Positions 9,941 through 19,112 of a DNA stretch of 64,000 bases are shown piece by piece. The stretch comes from Spirochaetia bacterium (lineage in GTDB: Bacteria; Spirochaetota; Spirochaetia; CAKZLE01). Below the pieces are notes generated by a model. The model ran no database searches. It worked only from the letters and a program-made list of their open reading frames with translations, and had not been told where the DNA came from. Within the stretch, counting starts at the first letter, position 1; each line of letters begins with the position of its first letter. A program made the translations under genes and the position numbers. The stretch covers positions 3,360,001 to 3,424,000 of the forward strand of contig OY782041.1 in NCBI GenBank assembly GCA_963677595.1, written 5' to 3'.

Positions 9941-10849
9941 TCATCTGCAGAGGGCGGCGAGGATGATCGAGTAGTACCGTTCCTGCGCACCGGCCCCCCG
10001 TGAGGTGAGGACGATGGGGACGGTAGCCCCGGTGGTGACCCCGGCCATGGTCGCCCCGGCTGAGTAGATCAGGGCTTTCGCGAGGATGTTCCCCGTCGTG
10101 ATATCCGGTACGAGGAGGATGTCCGGCTCGCCGGTGATCTCGCTCTCATACCCCTTGATGACTGCAGAACTCTTCGAGAACGCCAGGTCGTAGGAGATCG
10201 GTCCTTCGACGAGGCAGCCGGGGATCGTCCCATCTACGTTCATCTGCTTGAGCGCTGCGGCATCGACGGTGTCCTGCAGCTTGGGGAAGACCGTCTCCAC
10301 GGCCGTGAGGACAGCGACATTGGGCTTCTCGTAGCCAAGACAGCTGAAGAGGTCCACTGCGTTGCCGATGAGCTGCCGCTTCTGCTCGAGGTCCGGCTTT
10401 ATGACCATTCCGCCATCGGTGATGGCAAGGAGTTTGTGGTAGTTGGGCAGCGATAGGATCGCGAGGTGGCTCAGGAGGGCACCATCCCTCCTGATTCCCT
10501 TCTCGGAGTCGACGACTGCGGAGAGGAACTCCCGTGTCGGGATGTTACCCTTCACGAGGACATCGATCTCCTGCTTCCCTGCGAGCATGACCCCGATCTC
10601 CGCACTGTCAGCGTCAGTTGAGGAGGGGATGATCGTGATATCCTCACTCTCCATCCCGATCTCGGAGGTGATCCTCCTGATCTCTCCCTCGTCCCCGATG
10701 AGGACGGCATGGATGCTGTGTGACTCCTGAGCCTGCCTGATGGACTCGAGGGTGTGGCGGTCATGGGCACAGACCACGCCGACACTCCGTGCCTTCTGCT
10801 CTTCGCTCTCCCGAAGCATCGCTTCGATCTCTGAAAAATTCCGTATCAT
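9941..10849 (-). CDS. ptb: Phosphate butyryltransferase / phosphate acyltransferase
   Basis: LVKG, ITDGGM, VEGPISYDLA, GNILAK, VPIVLTSR; adjacent to buk. Confidence 0.9.
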   Translation of the reverse strand: MIRNFSEIEAMLRESEEQKARSVGVVCAHDRHTLESIRQAQESHSIHAVLIGDEGEIRRITSEIGMESEDITIIPSSTDADSAEIGVMLAGKQEIDVLVKGNIPTREFLSAVVDSEKGIRRDGALLSHLAILSLPNYHKLLAITDGGMVIKPDLEQKRQLIGNAVDLFSCLGYEKPNVAVLTAVETVFPKLQDTVDAAALKQMNVDGTIPGCLVEGPISYDLAFSKSSAVIKGYESEITGEPDILLVPDITTGNILAKALIYSAGATMAGVTTGATVPIVLTSRGAGAQERYYSIILAALCR

Positions 10850-11045
10850 TACTCATTCCTTACTCATTTCTTTCGACGCTACGTTATAGAATATATAAGA
10901 CAACGGGTGCGGGAACAAGGAAATTCTTATGAAATCCGTATGAGATCGACTGGCAGGGTGCCAGACACCGCAGGTGGGATCCTTTTACGAAATGAGCGGT
11001 ATGGGACTGCCCCTCCTGTGGTATACTGTAGCTGGAGGAGGAGCC

Positions 11046-11693
11046 ATGCAGTCCATATTCAAACATACAGCGGGCCTCATCTCGAAGCTCGATTCCCTGC
11101 TCGATGATATCTCCCGGGCAGCCCTGCTCTTTCGGTCCGCCCTTGATGCATACCTGGACGGGAACCGGGAGACCTTCTGCGAGCAGCTCGAGCGGGTAGG
11201 GAAGCTCGAGTCCGAGGTCGATGATCAGCGCCGCGAGATCCGCCACGAGCTCTATACGAGGATGCTCATCCCCGAATCGAGGGGTGATGTGTTGAGTCTG
11301 CTCGAGAACATCGACAATGTCATCGACCTCACGAAGGACGTGCTGCAGGATTTCAGGATCGAGAGCCCTGCAGTCCCTGCAGCCCTGGTACCGGACTTCA
11401 AGCGGCTTGCCGAAGCCTCATCCCTGGCGATGGACCAGACCGTGCTGGCTTCAAGGGCCTTCTTCACGGAGGTGCACCTCATAGGGGACTACATCAACAA
11501 GACCTTCTTCTACGAGCATGAGGCTGACATCATAGAACTGCAGATCAAGGAGCGGATCTTCGCTGATGACACCCTTGACCTCTCCGGGAAGCTCCAGCTC
11601 CGGGACTTCACCATCCATATCGCGAGTGTGTCGGATGCAGCCGAGTCCGTCTGCGAGCGGCTCTCTGTCGCAGCGATCAAGCGGACCATCTAG
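11046..11693 (+). CDS. DUF47 (PhoU-like) phosphate transport accessory protein
   Basis: SD GGAGGAG; LESEVD...RGDVLSLLENID...EHEAD repeat pattern; upstream of PiT. Confidence 0.85.
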   Translation: MQSIFKHTAGLISKLDSLLDDISRAALLFRSALDAYLDGNRETFCEQLERVGKLESEVDDQRREIRHELYTRMLIPESRGDVLSLLENIDNVIDLTKDVLQDFRIESPAVPAALVPDFKRLAEASSLAMDQTVLASRAFFTEVHLIGDYINKTFFYEHEADIIELQIKERIFADDTLDLSGKLQLRDFTIHIASVSDAAESVCERLSVAAIKRTI

Positions 11694-11704
11694 GAGCGCA
11701 CACA

Positions 11705-12757
11705 ATGAATGGGGTACTGATCCTGGTCTTCCTCTCGAGCGGTCTCTTCCTCGGCTGGTCCCTCGGGGCCAATGACGCGGCGAACATCTTCGGCACGGCG
11801 GTCGGTTCGAAGATGATCACCTTCAGGCAGGCTGCCCTCGTGGGGAGTGTCTTCGTCATCCTCGGTGCCGTGATCAGCGGATCCGGTGCCGCCCATGGGC
11901 TCGGGAAGCTCGGAGAGGTCTCGGCCATGCCCGGGGCATTCATTGTGGCGCTCTCTTCCGGCCTGACGGTCTTCCTCATGACCCGCTTCAAGCTCCCTGT
12001 TTCTACCTCCCAGGCGATCGTCGGGGCGATCATCGGCTGGAACCTCTTCTCCGGGACCCCGACGGACATCCAGGTCGTCTCGAAGATCGTCCTGACCTGG
12101 GTCCTCTGCCCCATCCTCTCTGCGGCGATCGCCCTCATGCTCTACTTCCTCATCCGTGGTCTGCTTCGCAGGTCAAGGATCCACCTGCTCAGGCAGGATG
12201 CCGTCACACGGGTCCTGCTGCTGATCGCCGGTGCATTCGGTGCCTACAGCCTCGGGGCGAACAACATAGCGAACGTCATGGGAGTCTTCGTCCCTGCTTC
12301 CCCCTTTACCGCGGTGAACCTCTTCGGACCGGTGACGCTGAGCAGCATGCAGGTGCTCTTCCTCATCGGTGGAGTCTCCATCGCAATCGGGATCGCGACC
12401 TACTCGAGGAGGGTGATGGAGACCGTGGGAAAGAACATCTTCAAGCTCTCCCCGGTCACAGCCTTCATCGTGGTCCTCTCAAGCTCCCTCGTCCTCTTCC
12501 TCTTCGCTTCTCAGTCCCTGCATGACTGGATACGCTCCATCGGGCTCCCCGCGCTGCCGCTGATCCCGGTATCGAGTTCACAGGCAGTGGTGGGTGCCGT
12601 GCTGGGGATCGGCATCGCGAAGGCGGGGAGGAACATCAACCTGCGGGTCATGGGCAAGATCAGCATCGGCTGGGTCGTGACCCCGGCAGCGGCAGGGGGC
12701 ATCTCCTTCATCCTGCTCTTTGTCATGCAGAACCTCTTCGGCCAGAACGTCTACTAG
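11705..12757 (+). CDS. pit: PiT-family inorganic phosphate transporter
   Basis: GANDAAN and GANNIAN signatures, PVSTSQ and PVSSSQ. Confidence 0.92.
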   Translation: MNGVLILVFLSSGLFLGWSLGANDAANIFGTAVGSKMITFRQAALVGSVFVILGAVISGSGAAHGLGKLGEVSAMPGAFIVALSSGLTVFLMTRFKLPVSTSQAIVGAIIGWNLFSGTPTDIQVVSKIVLTWVLCPILSAAIALMLYFLIRGLLRRSRIHLLRQDAVTRVLLLIAGAFGAYSLGANNIANVMGVFVPASPFTAVNLFGPVTLSSMQVLFLIGGVSIAIGIATYSRRVMETVGKNIFKLSPVTAFIVVLSSSLVLFLFASQSLHDWIRSIGLPALPLIPVSSSQAVVGAVLGIGIAKAGRNINLRVMGKISIGWVVTPAAAGGISFILLFVMQNLFGQNVY

Positions 12758-12819
12758 TCATGCATTTTAAAGTTGACCAAATAACTCAGAAATTACTATC
12801 TTCTTCATAGGAGAAAACC

Positions 12820-13206
12820 ATGAGAAAGATAGTGATGATTGTGATAGTGTTGGGCCTCGTCACGGCAGCCGTGCTGTTCGCGGCAGGGAACAAGGAGCAG
12901 GAGACTGATTATACCGACCCGGCACAGCTCTTCGGGCTGATACAGAAGCAGTCCTCCGACTACCTCCTGCTCGATGTCAGGACGGCACCGGAATACGAAT
13001 CAGGGCATATAACGACTGCGGAGAACCTCTCCGTCACTGATATAGAAGCCAATCCCCCGAAGGTCGCCAAGGATGCACTGATCATCGTCTACTGCAGGTC
13101 TGGGAGCAGGTCCCATGCCGCTGCCGTCATCCTCAAGGATCTCGGCTACACCAACGTCGTCGATTTCGGCGGCATCACCCGCTGGAACTATAACCTGGTG
13201 ACCTGA
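12820..13206 (+). CDS. Exported single-domain rhodanese (PspE-like)
   Basis: Signal LFAAGNKE; LDVRT..EY..GHI; active loop YCRSGSRS. Confidence 0.87.
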   Translation: MRKIVMIVIVLGLVTAAVLFAAGNKEQETDYTDPAQLFGLIQKQSSDYLLLDVRTAPEYESGHITTAENLSVTDIEANPPKVAKDALIIVYCRSGSRSHAAAVILKDLGYTNVVDFGGITRWNYNLVT

Positions 13207-13291
13207 TAGGTTTAGAAAGAAACGCTTCAATTCCTGACCTTCCTGTGGTAGATTGATGAAGGGCCTCTGGTCCCACAGGAGGGTGAAGCTT

Positions 13292-14632
13292 ATGAATTCC
13301 CTTGAGCGTGAACTGACAGCCTGGAAGGAAGACCTCGTACGGAGAAGGGCCTGCAGCATCGAAGCTGCAGAGCGCTTGTCGCAGGAAGCGGCTGCATCGG
13401 CATCTGAGCTGGTCGCATCAGGCCTGCAGGAACAGGAAGCCGTGCTCATCGCCTTGCAGCGTATCCTGCCCGACAATGCAGAACTGGCAGATACCACCAG
13501 GATCGCGGGACTGCAGCTCTGGGGAAGGATGACCCGAAGAGGTCCTTCCTCCCATTCTTCACTCAAGCGGAAGGATAACCGCTTCTTCGCGGCTGCCCTT
13601 ATCCTCGGGGTTGTCCTGTCCCAGCTCCCGGGCCTCCTCGGGCTGGATATCACCACGGATGCCCATCTTGTGACCTATCTCTACTACCTGGGCTATTATT
13701 CGATCCTGCCGCTCACCCTCTGGTACCTCCTGCGGCAGTCACTGCCGTCGAAGGTGCTCATCGGTATGGCCCTGGCCTATGTACTTCCGTTCATCGCAGG
13801 TCTCGTGCCGTCCCTCTTCACGGAAGATACCCGCATCCTCTCGATCATCCATCTGCCGATCTCCCTCTGGCTCTTCTCGAGTCTCATACACACCGGCGGG
13901 AAATGGCGTGACACGGATGCACAGATGCGCTTTCTCCGGTATACCGGGGAGGTAGTCATCTACACCGGCCTGATCTGGATCGGGGGCATGGTCATCAGCA
14001 TGCTGATGATCGGTCTCTTCGATGCTGTCGGGGCTGATGTCGAGACCTTCTTCCTGAGATGGGTGTTCACCTGGGGCTTCCCGCTGGCACTCGTCGTCGC
14101 AGGCTACCTGGTTGAGATGAAGCGCCAGGTCTCTGAGAGCCTTGCCTCGATCCTCGCGCGGATCTTCTCGCCGCTCTTCGGGCTCGCCCTGACGATCTTC
14201 TGCATCTTCTCACTGGGAAATGTACGGCTTTTGATGACCAGCCGGGACATGCTCATCCTTGCTGATGCAGTCCAGCTGCTCGTGCTGGCGCTGGTCATCT
14301 TTACCATGGCCGTGAGGGAGGAGGGCGCCCCGGTCGGATTCCAGGATCACATCTCCTGTGCACTGATCATCCTGACCCTGCTGCTTGACGTGATCGCCAT
14401 GGTCGGGATCCTCTCCCGCCTCCTGGAGTACGGCCTCTCTCCCAACAGGCTTGCGGCAACGGGGATCAACCTCATCCTCTTTGCCAACCTGCTGCTCACC
14501 GGTTGGCACTACCTGCGGTTCCTTAGGAAGAAGGTCCCCTTCTCCTCGGTACTGAACGTCCAGAGACAGTTCTTGACGGTGTTCTTCCTCTGGTCCTATT
14601 TCGTGGCGGTCGTCTTTCCCCTCATCTTCTAA
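13292..14632 (+). CDS. Multi-pass membrane protein with 'permease prefix domain 1'-like N-terminus (DUF4153-like)
   Basis: SD AGGAGG before ATG 13292; ASGLQEQEAVLIALQRI N-terminal motif; YGLSPNRLA; many TM helices. Confidence 0.7.
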   Translation: MNSLERELTAWKEDLVRRRACSIEAAERLSQEAAASASELVASGLQEQEAVLIALQRILPDNAELADTTRIAGLQLWGRMTRRGPSSHSSLKRKDNRFFAAALILGVVLSQLPGLLGLDITTDAHLVTYLYYLGYYSILPLTLWYLLRQSLPSKVLIGMALAYVLPFIAGLVPSLFTEDTRILSIIHLPISLWLFSSLIHTGGKWRDTDAQMRFLRYTGEVVIYTGLIWIGGMVISMLMIGLFDAVGADVETFFLRWVFTWGFPLALVVAGYLVEMKRQVSESLASILARIFSPLFGLALTIFCIFSLGNVRLLMTSRDMLILADAVQLLVLALVIFTMAVREEGAPVGFQDHISCALIILTLLLDVIAMVGILSRLLEYGLSPNRLAATGINLILFANLLLTGWHYLRFLRKKVPFSSVLNVQRQFLTVFFLWSYFVAVVFPLIF

Positions 14633-15531
14633 TCCTCCCGGCTGCCCTGCTGCTTCAGCACCAGGCCCACGTTCCTCATGAAGGTGGCGTAGGGGATATC
14701 GGTGCGGAGGTATCCGAGACGTGATGCGTACTCCTGCTCAGTCAAACCTGCGAGGTTCCTGATGTCGAAGAACTCACGCAGTGCATCACGCTGCTCTCCG
14801 AACCGTTTGGTCATCGGGGTCTCGAGGGGCTTCTTCAGGTGTCCCTGGTTCCACGGGCAAGCCTCCTGGCATATCTCGCAGTCCCCGACCCGGTTCCCCA
14901 TCACGGAGACTGCCTCCTCGGCTATCTCCTCTGTCTGCAGCTGGTAGGAGAGACAGCTCTGCCAATCGAGCTTGAACTCGGTATCGAGGGCCCCGAGGGG
15001 ACAAGCCTCCCGGCAGCGGGAGCATGCCCCGCACCGGTTCTTTTCGACCTTCGCAGGATAATCCAGCCCCGCATCGGTGATGATGCCGCCCAGGGCAAGG
15101 AAGGTGCCGTACTTCCTCGTGATCAGGAGCGTATGCCGTCCCTGCCATCCGAGCCCTGCCCGAACGGCTGCGAGCTTGAGCGGGATGCTCGATGACTCCC
15201 CGTCGATGCTGTCGCAGGTAACAGCCCGGTATCCCCGGGAGGTGAGGTGCTCCTGCAGGGGCTGAAGCGGGGAGATGACATCTGAGAAATAGGAGGAGAG
15301 GTAGAGCCTGCTCGTCCTGCCGAGCTGCGGACTCTCCCAGTCCGGGAGGGTCATCCCGCCGATGTAGATGCCTGCGACGATGATCGACTGTGCCTCTGGC
15401 ATCGTGAGCCTTGGGTCGATCCTCTTCGACTCCTTCCATGCATACCCCGTGAAGGGTGAGGCATCGGTGAAGCCGAGCACATCGATCTCTGCATGTTCGG
15501 CGATCAACTTGAGTTCTTCTGTAAGGTTCAT
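14629..15531 (-). CDS. Epoxyqueuosine reductase QueG-like cobalamin/2x[4Fe-4S] protein
   Basis: DPRLTMPEAQSII, AVRAGLGWQG, CGACSRCREACP, CLSY, CEICQEACPWN. Confidence 0.75.
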   Translation of the reverse strand: MNLTEELKLIAEHAEIDVLGFTDASPFTGYAWKESKRIDPRLTMPEAQSIIVAGIYIGGMTLPDWESPQLGRTSRLYLSSYFSDVISPLQPLQEHLTSRGYRAVTCDSIDGESSSIPLKLAAVRAGLGWQGRHTLLITRKYGTFLALGGIITDAGLDYPAKVEKNRCGACSRCREACPLGALDTEFKLDWQSCLSYQLQTEEIAEEAVSVMGNRVGDCEICQEACPWNQGHLKKPLETPMTKRFGEQRDALREFFDIRNLAGLTEQEYASRLGYLRTDIPYATFMRNVGLVLKQQGSRED

Positions 15532-15959
15532 ATGTTCTCCGGATCTATAATTCTGTTACGGTAGGTCAGGTCTTCCCTGCAGGTGAAACCAAGGGCCTCC
15601 CAGAACCTGTTGCCCCCCAGGTTGTCGGCAAAGACCACCAGGGCGGCCTTCTTGATCCCCTCTTCCTGCAGTGCAGTAAGAACACGATCTACCAGCTGTT
15701 TCCCGTATCCCTGCCTGCGGTAGGCTTCATCCACCACCGCATGGTAGATGTACCCTCTCCTGCCGTCATGACCGCAGAGGATGGCCCCAGCGACCTGTTT
15801 GCCATCGATGAGGATGAAGTTCGTCTTCGGGTTCCTTTCCAGGAACCTGCCGATCCCCTCCCGTGAGTCGTCAAGGGACCTGAGTCCCATCCCGGGCGTC
15901 CTCTTCCAGAGGGCGAGGACACAAGCGTAATCATCAATCGTCAGTGATCGTATCTCCAT
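15528..15959 (-). CDS. GNAT N-acetyltransferase (YpeA-like)
   Basis: GHDGRRGYIYH, YRRQGYG acetyl-CoA motif, FWEALGF. Confidence 0.9.
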   Translation of the reverse strand: MEIRSLTIDDYACVLALWKRTPGMGLRSLDDSREGIGRFLERNPKTNFILIDGKQVAGAILCGHDGRRGYIYHAVVDEAYRRQGYGKQLVDRVLTALQEEGIKKAALVVFADNLGGNRFWEALGFTCREDLTYRNRIIDPENI

Positions 15960-15993
15960 AGTGAGAGTATACCCTATAATCGAAACACTGCAA
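15960..15993 (-). promoter_or_regulatory. Sigma70-type promoter, probably leaderless, for GNAT-queG-like
   Basis: TTGCAG-N16-TATACT, then ATG 6 nt downstream, no SD. Confidence 0.5.
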
Positions 15994-16014
15994 CCATCAC
16001 AGAAGCCTCGGCTC

Positions 16015-16953
16015 TCACAGGAGCCATGGCTGCCCGGTCTTCAGGGACTTCTGCTGTTTCTCGGTGATGGTATACTCATCGGTCAGCTGTCCGATGAGCA
16101 GCGGGGAGTCAGGATCGTGCCTTCGACGGTTGAGGGCTGCCCTCCTGGTATCAGAGACGGCATAGCAGTAGCTGCAGCCGTTGGTACAGCTGTCATAGCT
16201 CCCGATGTCGAGGTGCTCGATGCACCGGCAGCCGGGACGCCGGTTCACGTTGGGTCCTGCATTGATGGTGCTGCCGAGCAGTGACTCGATGAGTTCCCGG
16301 TCGATACAGGCCCCGTGTCCTATGTCGTATGGTGAGAGGTCGACTGGCTCGGCACAGGTGGACAGCTCGATCCCATACTGCGCCGCAGTATCGGCGAACC
16401 CTCTTCCCAGCTGATGGAAATACTCCTCCCGGAGGTCATAAGAGATATGCTCCCGGGTCCTGCGGTAGACTGAGCTGTAGAGATCCACGAAGCTCAGCAC
16501 GCACCGGCTGGTATGTCCTGCCAGGCGTGAGGCCATCTTGTTGAAGGCTTTGAGGTGGTAGTCCACGGTAAGTTCATCACTGAGGATGATCGGATCATAC
16601 CGCCAGATGGTCCGCTCCTGCCCGATCAGGTCGCTGATCCTGCAGAAGTCATCCATGATAAGCTCTTTGTCCGGCAACCCCGCCTCGATCTCCTTCCCAT
16701 AGGGGGTGATGGTTACCTGGAAGAGATAGTCGAACCCGAGGCTGTCAACTTGCGGCAGGTAATCGATGATGGGACCCGGGTTCTTCGACCAGAAAACGAT
16801 CATGTCAACCACCTCTGGGGTGAGGGTGACCCGGGAACAGCGCAGGGGATTGCGCGGGTTCTGCACCATCACATACCCCGCTCTCAGCCGGTTCATGAAC
16901 CAGGGGGCGTAGAGGGAGGGGATGTCAGTCCTGATGCTCGCAGAGATGATCAT
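16015..16953 (-). CDS. DUF1848 family protein
   Basis: MIISASIRTDIP..Y..WF.NR, VFWSKNP, WRYDPI, C-terminal CRC...DIGSYDSCTNGCSYCYA. Confidence 0.9.
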   Translation of the reverse strand: MIISASIRTDIPSLYAPWFMNRLRAGYVMVQNPRNPLRCSRVTLTPEVVDMIVFWSKNPGPIIDYLPQVDSLGFDYLFQVTITPYGKEIEAGLPDKELIMDDFCRISDLIGQERTIWRYDPIILSDELTVDYHLKAFNKMASRLAGHTSRCVLSFVDLYSSVYRRTREHISYDLREEYFHQLGRGFADTAAQYGIELSTCAEPVDLSPYDIGHGACIDRELIESLLGSTINAGPNVNRRPGCRCIEHLDIGSYDSCTNGCSYCYAVSDTRRAALNRRRHDPDSPLLIGQLTDEYTITEKQQKSLKTGQPWLL

Positions 16954-17423
16954 GCGCGGCTGCTGCTGCCTGCTTCAAGCTCCAGGAGGGTCTGCTTCAT
17001 CTCCAGTCCCCCGGCATAGCCGGTGAGGGCCCCGTCTGCACCGACGACACGGTGGCAGGGGATGATGATCATGATCGGGTTGCGGTTGTTCGCCATGCCG
17101 ACCGCACGGGACGCCTTCGGGTTCCCGACTACAGCGGCGATCTCCCCGTAGGTCCTTCTTGCTCCATAGGGGATGGCCTGCAGGGCCTCCCAGACCTTCC
17201 GCTGGAACTCCGTTCCCACCGGGTCGAGGGGCAGGTCGAAGGTCCTTCGCTTACCGGCAAAGTACTCCTCCAGCTGGTTCCCCACCTCGCGGCAGAGTCC
17301 ATTGGACGAATCTTCCCCGGGTTGTACGGTTATCCTTACAGAGACAAGGGCCGTGTCACTGCATTCGACCTTGAGCATCCCGAACCGGGATCTCAGATAT
17401 ACGACGTATCGTGCTTCTCCCAT
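16950..17423 (-). CDS. ogt: Methylated-DNA--protein-cysteine methyltransferase
   Basis: GTEFQRKVW, YGEIA, RAVG, PCHRV active site; SD GGAGG. Confidence 0.95.
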   Translation of the reverse strand: MGEARYVVYLRSRFGMLKVECSDTALVSVRITVQPGEDSSNGLCREVGNQLEEYFAGKRRTFDLPLDPVGTEFQRKVWEALQAIPYGARRTYGEIAAVVGNPKASRAVGMANNRNPIMIIIPCHRVVGADGALTGYAGGLEMKQTLLELEAGSSSRA

Positions 17424-17553
17424 GGTAGTACCTCCTGCCTGTGATCTCAGACCAGAACCACTATACCACAGAAACTGGTTGAGTTGAACAGGATGGGTGG
17501 ACATCAGGAATCCTGAATCTATTCCAATCTCAATTTCTACACCTGCATCTTTG

Positions 17554-17615
17554 TTGACTTCCTACATCCGGTGTTTTATACTAAAGATAGATTTACTAAA
17601 ACAAGATTTACTAAA
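17554..17615 (+). promoter_or_regulatory. Sigma70 promoter overlapped by 15-bp-period direct repeats
   Basis: TTGACT(17554)-N17-TATACT(17577); TACTAAA at 17579, 17594, 17609; AGATTTACTAAA at 17589 and 17604. Confidence 0.65.
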
Positions 17616-17643
17616 CTATAGGAGAGAAGCAGAAGGAGATGAA

Positions 17644-19044
17644 ATGAGGTTCATCGGTAGAGAGTATGAGATGGAGAGACTTGCCAGATGGTACGAAGAG
17701 GATCGTTTCCAGTGCATTGTCATGTATGGGAGGCGAAGAGTCGGGAAGACTCGACTTCTCACAGAATTCTCGAAAGGTAAGAATACGATCTTCCATGTTG
17801 CAACAGAACATTCTGAGACCCGTGGGTTGCAGGAGTTCTCTTCTCAGATCATGAAGCATTACCCGTTGGCCAGGCATACTCCTCAATTTGTACGTTGGGA
17901 AGATGCCTTCTCTTTCCTGGGGGAACAAGCAAAAGATGAACGAACCCTTCTGATCCTTGATGAGTTCCCGTATTTGGCGAGATCTCATATGGGCATGCTC
18001 TCGATCCTGCAGAACAGCATTGACCATGTATTCGCTGATACCAAACTGTTCATCGTGTTGTGCGGCTCATCGATCAGCTTCATGGAGCATGAGGTCCTTT
18101 CCTATAAGAGCCCGCTGTTTGGACGAAGAACCGGCCAGATGGAGATACCTCCACTTGATTATTTCCATGCAAAACAGTTCTTCCCCTCCTACAATGCAGA
18201 AGACAGTATTACCGCATACGGGGTCTTGGGAGGGATTCCCCAATATCTGCTGCAGTTCTCACCAGATCTGTCTCTTGATGATAATATGCAGACCAAGGTA
18301 TTCGAAAAAACATCCTATCTCTATCGTGAACCGGAATTCCTGATCAAGCAGGAACTCAAGAGCCCGGCTGTCTATATCAGTATCATCGAGGCAATTGCCG
18401 GGGGGGCCATCAAGCTCAATGATATAGCCACCGCCATCAAAGAATCCACAGCCAAGACCTCAGTCTATATGAGGAATCTGCTCAGATTGAGAATCATAGA
18501 TCGGATAACCCCGATCGGGGAGAAGAAATCCAGGAAAACCATCTACAGGATCTCAGATAGTCTGTTTGATTTCTTCTATCGTTTCATCAACCCGTATGTC
18601 GCAGTGATCGAACAGGAACTTGGAGACCTTATCTATGAAACTGAAGTCAAGGGGAAGCTCTCCTCCTATCTGGGTTTTGTCTTTGAGCAGGTATGCAAAG
18701 AGTATCTGGTCAGGAGGAACAGGAAACAGAGCAACCCGTTCCTGATCCTTGAGATCGGGAGATGGTGGGGACCTGACAAGGCAGCACGCAAACAGGAGGA
18801 GATAGATATCGTCGGTATGGGAAAAGACTGTATGCTGTTTGCAGAGTGTACATTCACCAACAAGCTCGTGGGTATCAGAGAGTATAAGAAACTCGTATCA
18901 CGATCAGAACTCATACCCCATACGGAAGCCCATTATATCCTATTCTCGAAGTCCGGGTTTGAAGAGCAGCTGATCACCATGAGCAGGAACCTTGCGAACC
19001 TGGAACTCATCACGTTGGATGATATGATCTCAGACATCTCGTAA
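17644..19044 (+). CDS. Archaeal-type ATPase (ATPase_2) + wHTH + DUF234 restriction-endonuclease-like domain
   Basis: MRFIGRE, YGRRRVGKT, LILDEFPY, LCGSS, SPLFGRRT, GGIPQY, GRWW...EEIDIV; visibly more AT-rich than neighbours. Confidence 0.88.
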   Translation: MRFIGREYEMERLARWYEEDRFQCIVMYGRRRVGKTRLLTEFSKGKNTIFHVATEHSETRGLQEFSSQIMKHYPLARHTPQFVRWEDAFSFLGEQAKDERTLLILDEFPYLARSHMGMLSILQNSIDHVFADTKLFIVLCGSSISFMEHEVLSYKSPLFGRRTGQMEIPPLDYFHAKQFFPSYNAEDSITAYGVLGGIPQYLLQFSPDLSLDDNMQTKVFEKTSYLYREPEFLIKQELKSPAVYISIIEAIAGGAIKLNDIATAIKESTAKTSVYMRNLLRLRIIDRITPIGEKKSRKTIYRISDSLFDFFYRFINPYVAVIEQELGDLIYETEVKGKLSSYLGFVFEQVCKEYLVRRNRKQSNPFLILEIGRWWGPDKAARKQEEIDIVGMGKDCMLFAECTFTNKLVGIREYKKLVSRSELIPHTEAHYILFSKSGFEEQLITMSRNLANLELITLDDMISDIS

Positions 19045-19112
19045 CCTGTTTTCCCTGAAGAAGCTTGACTTCCCCCGCTTAAGCGCTACCATGGAGATAG
19101 AAGGAGCCGCAG

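Noticed and set aside
10849-10869. TTACTCATT repeated twice here and once near 31790
   Set aside because: Short, low complexity, and overlapping the ptb start/SD region; no consistent context
17554-17615. Short direct repeats (also 56599-56637) as CRISPR or iteron arrays
   Set aside because: Only 2-3 short copies, no spacer-length unique sequence, no cas or rep gene; their positions fit operators
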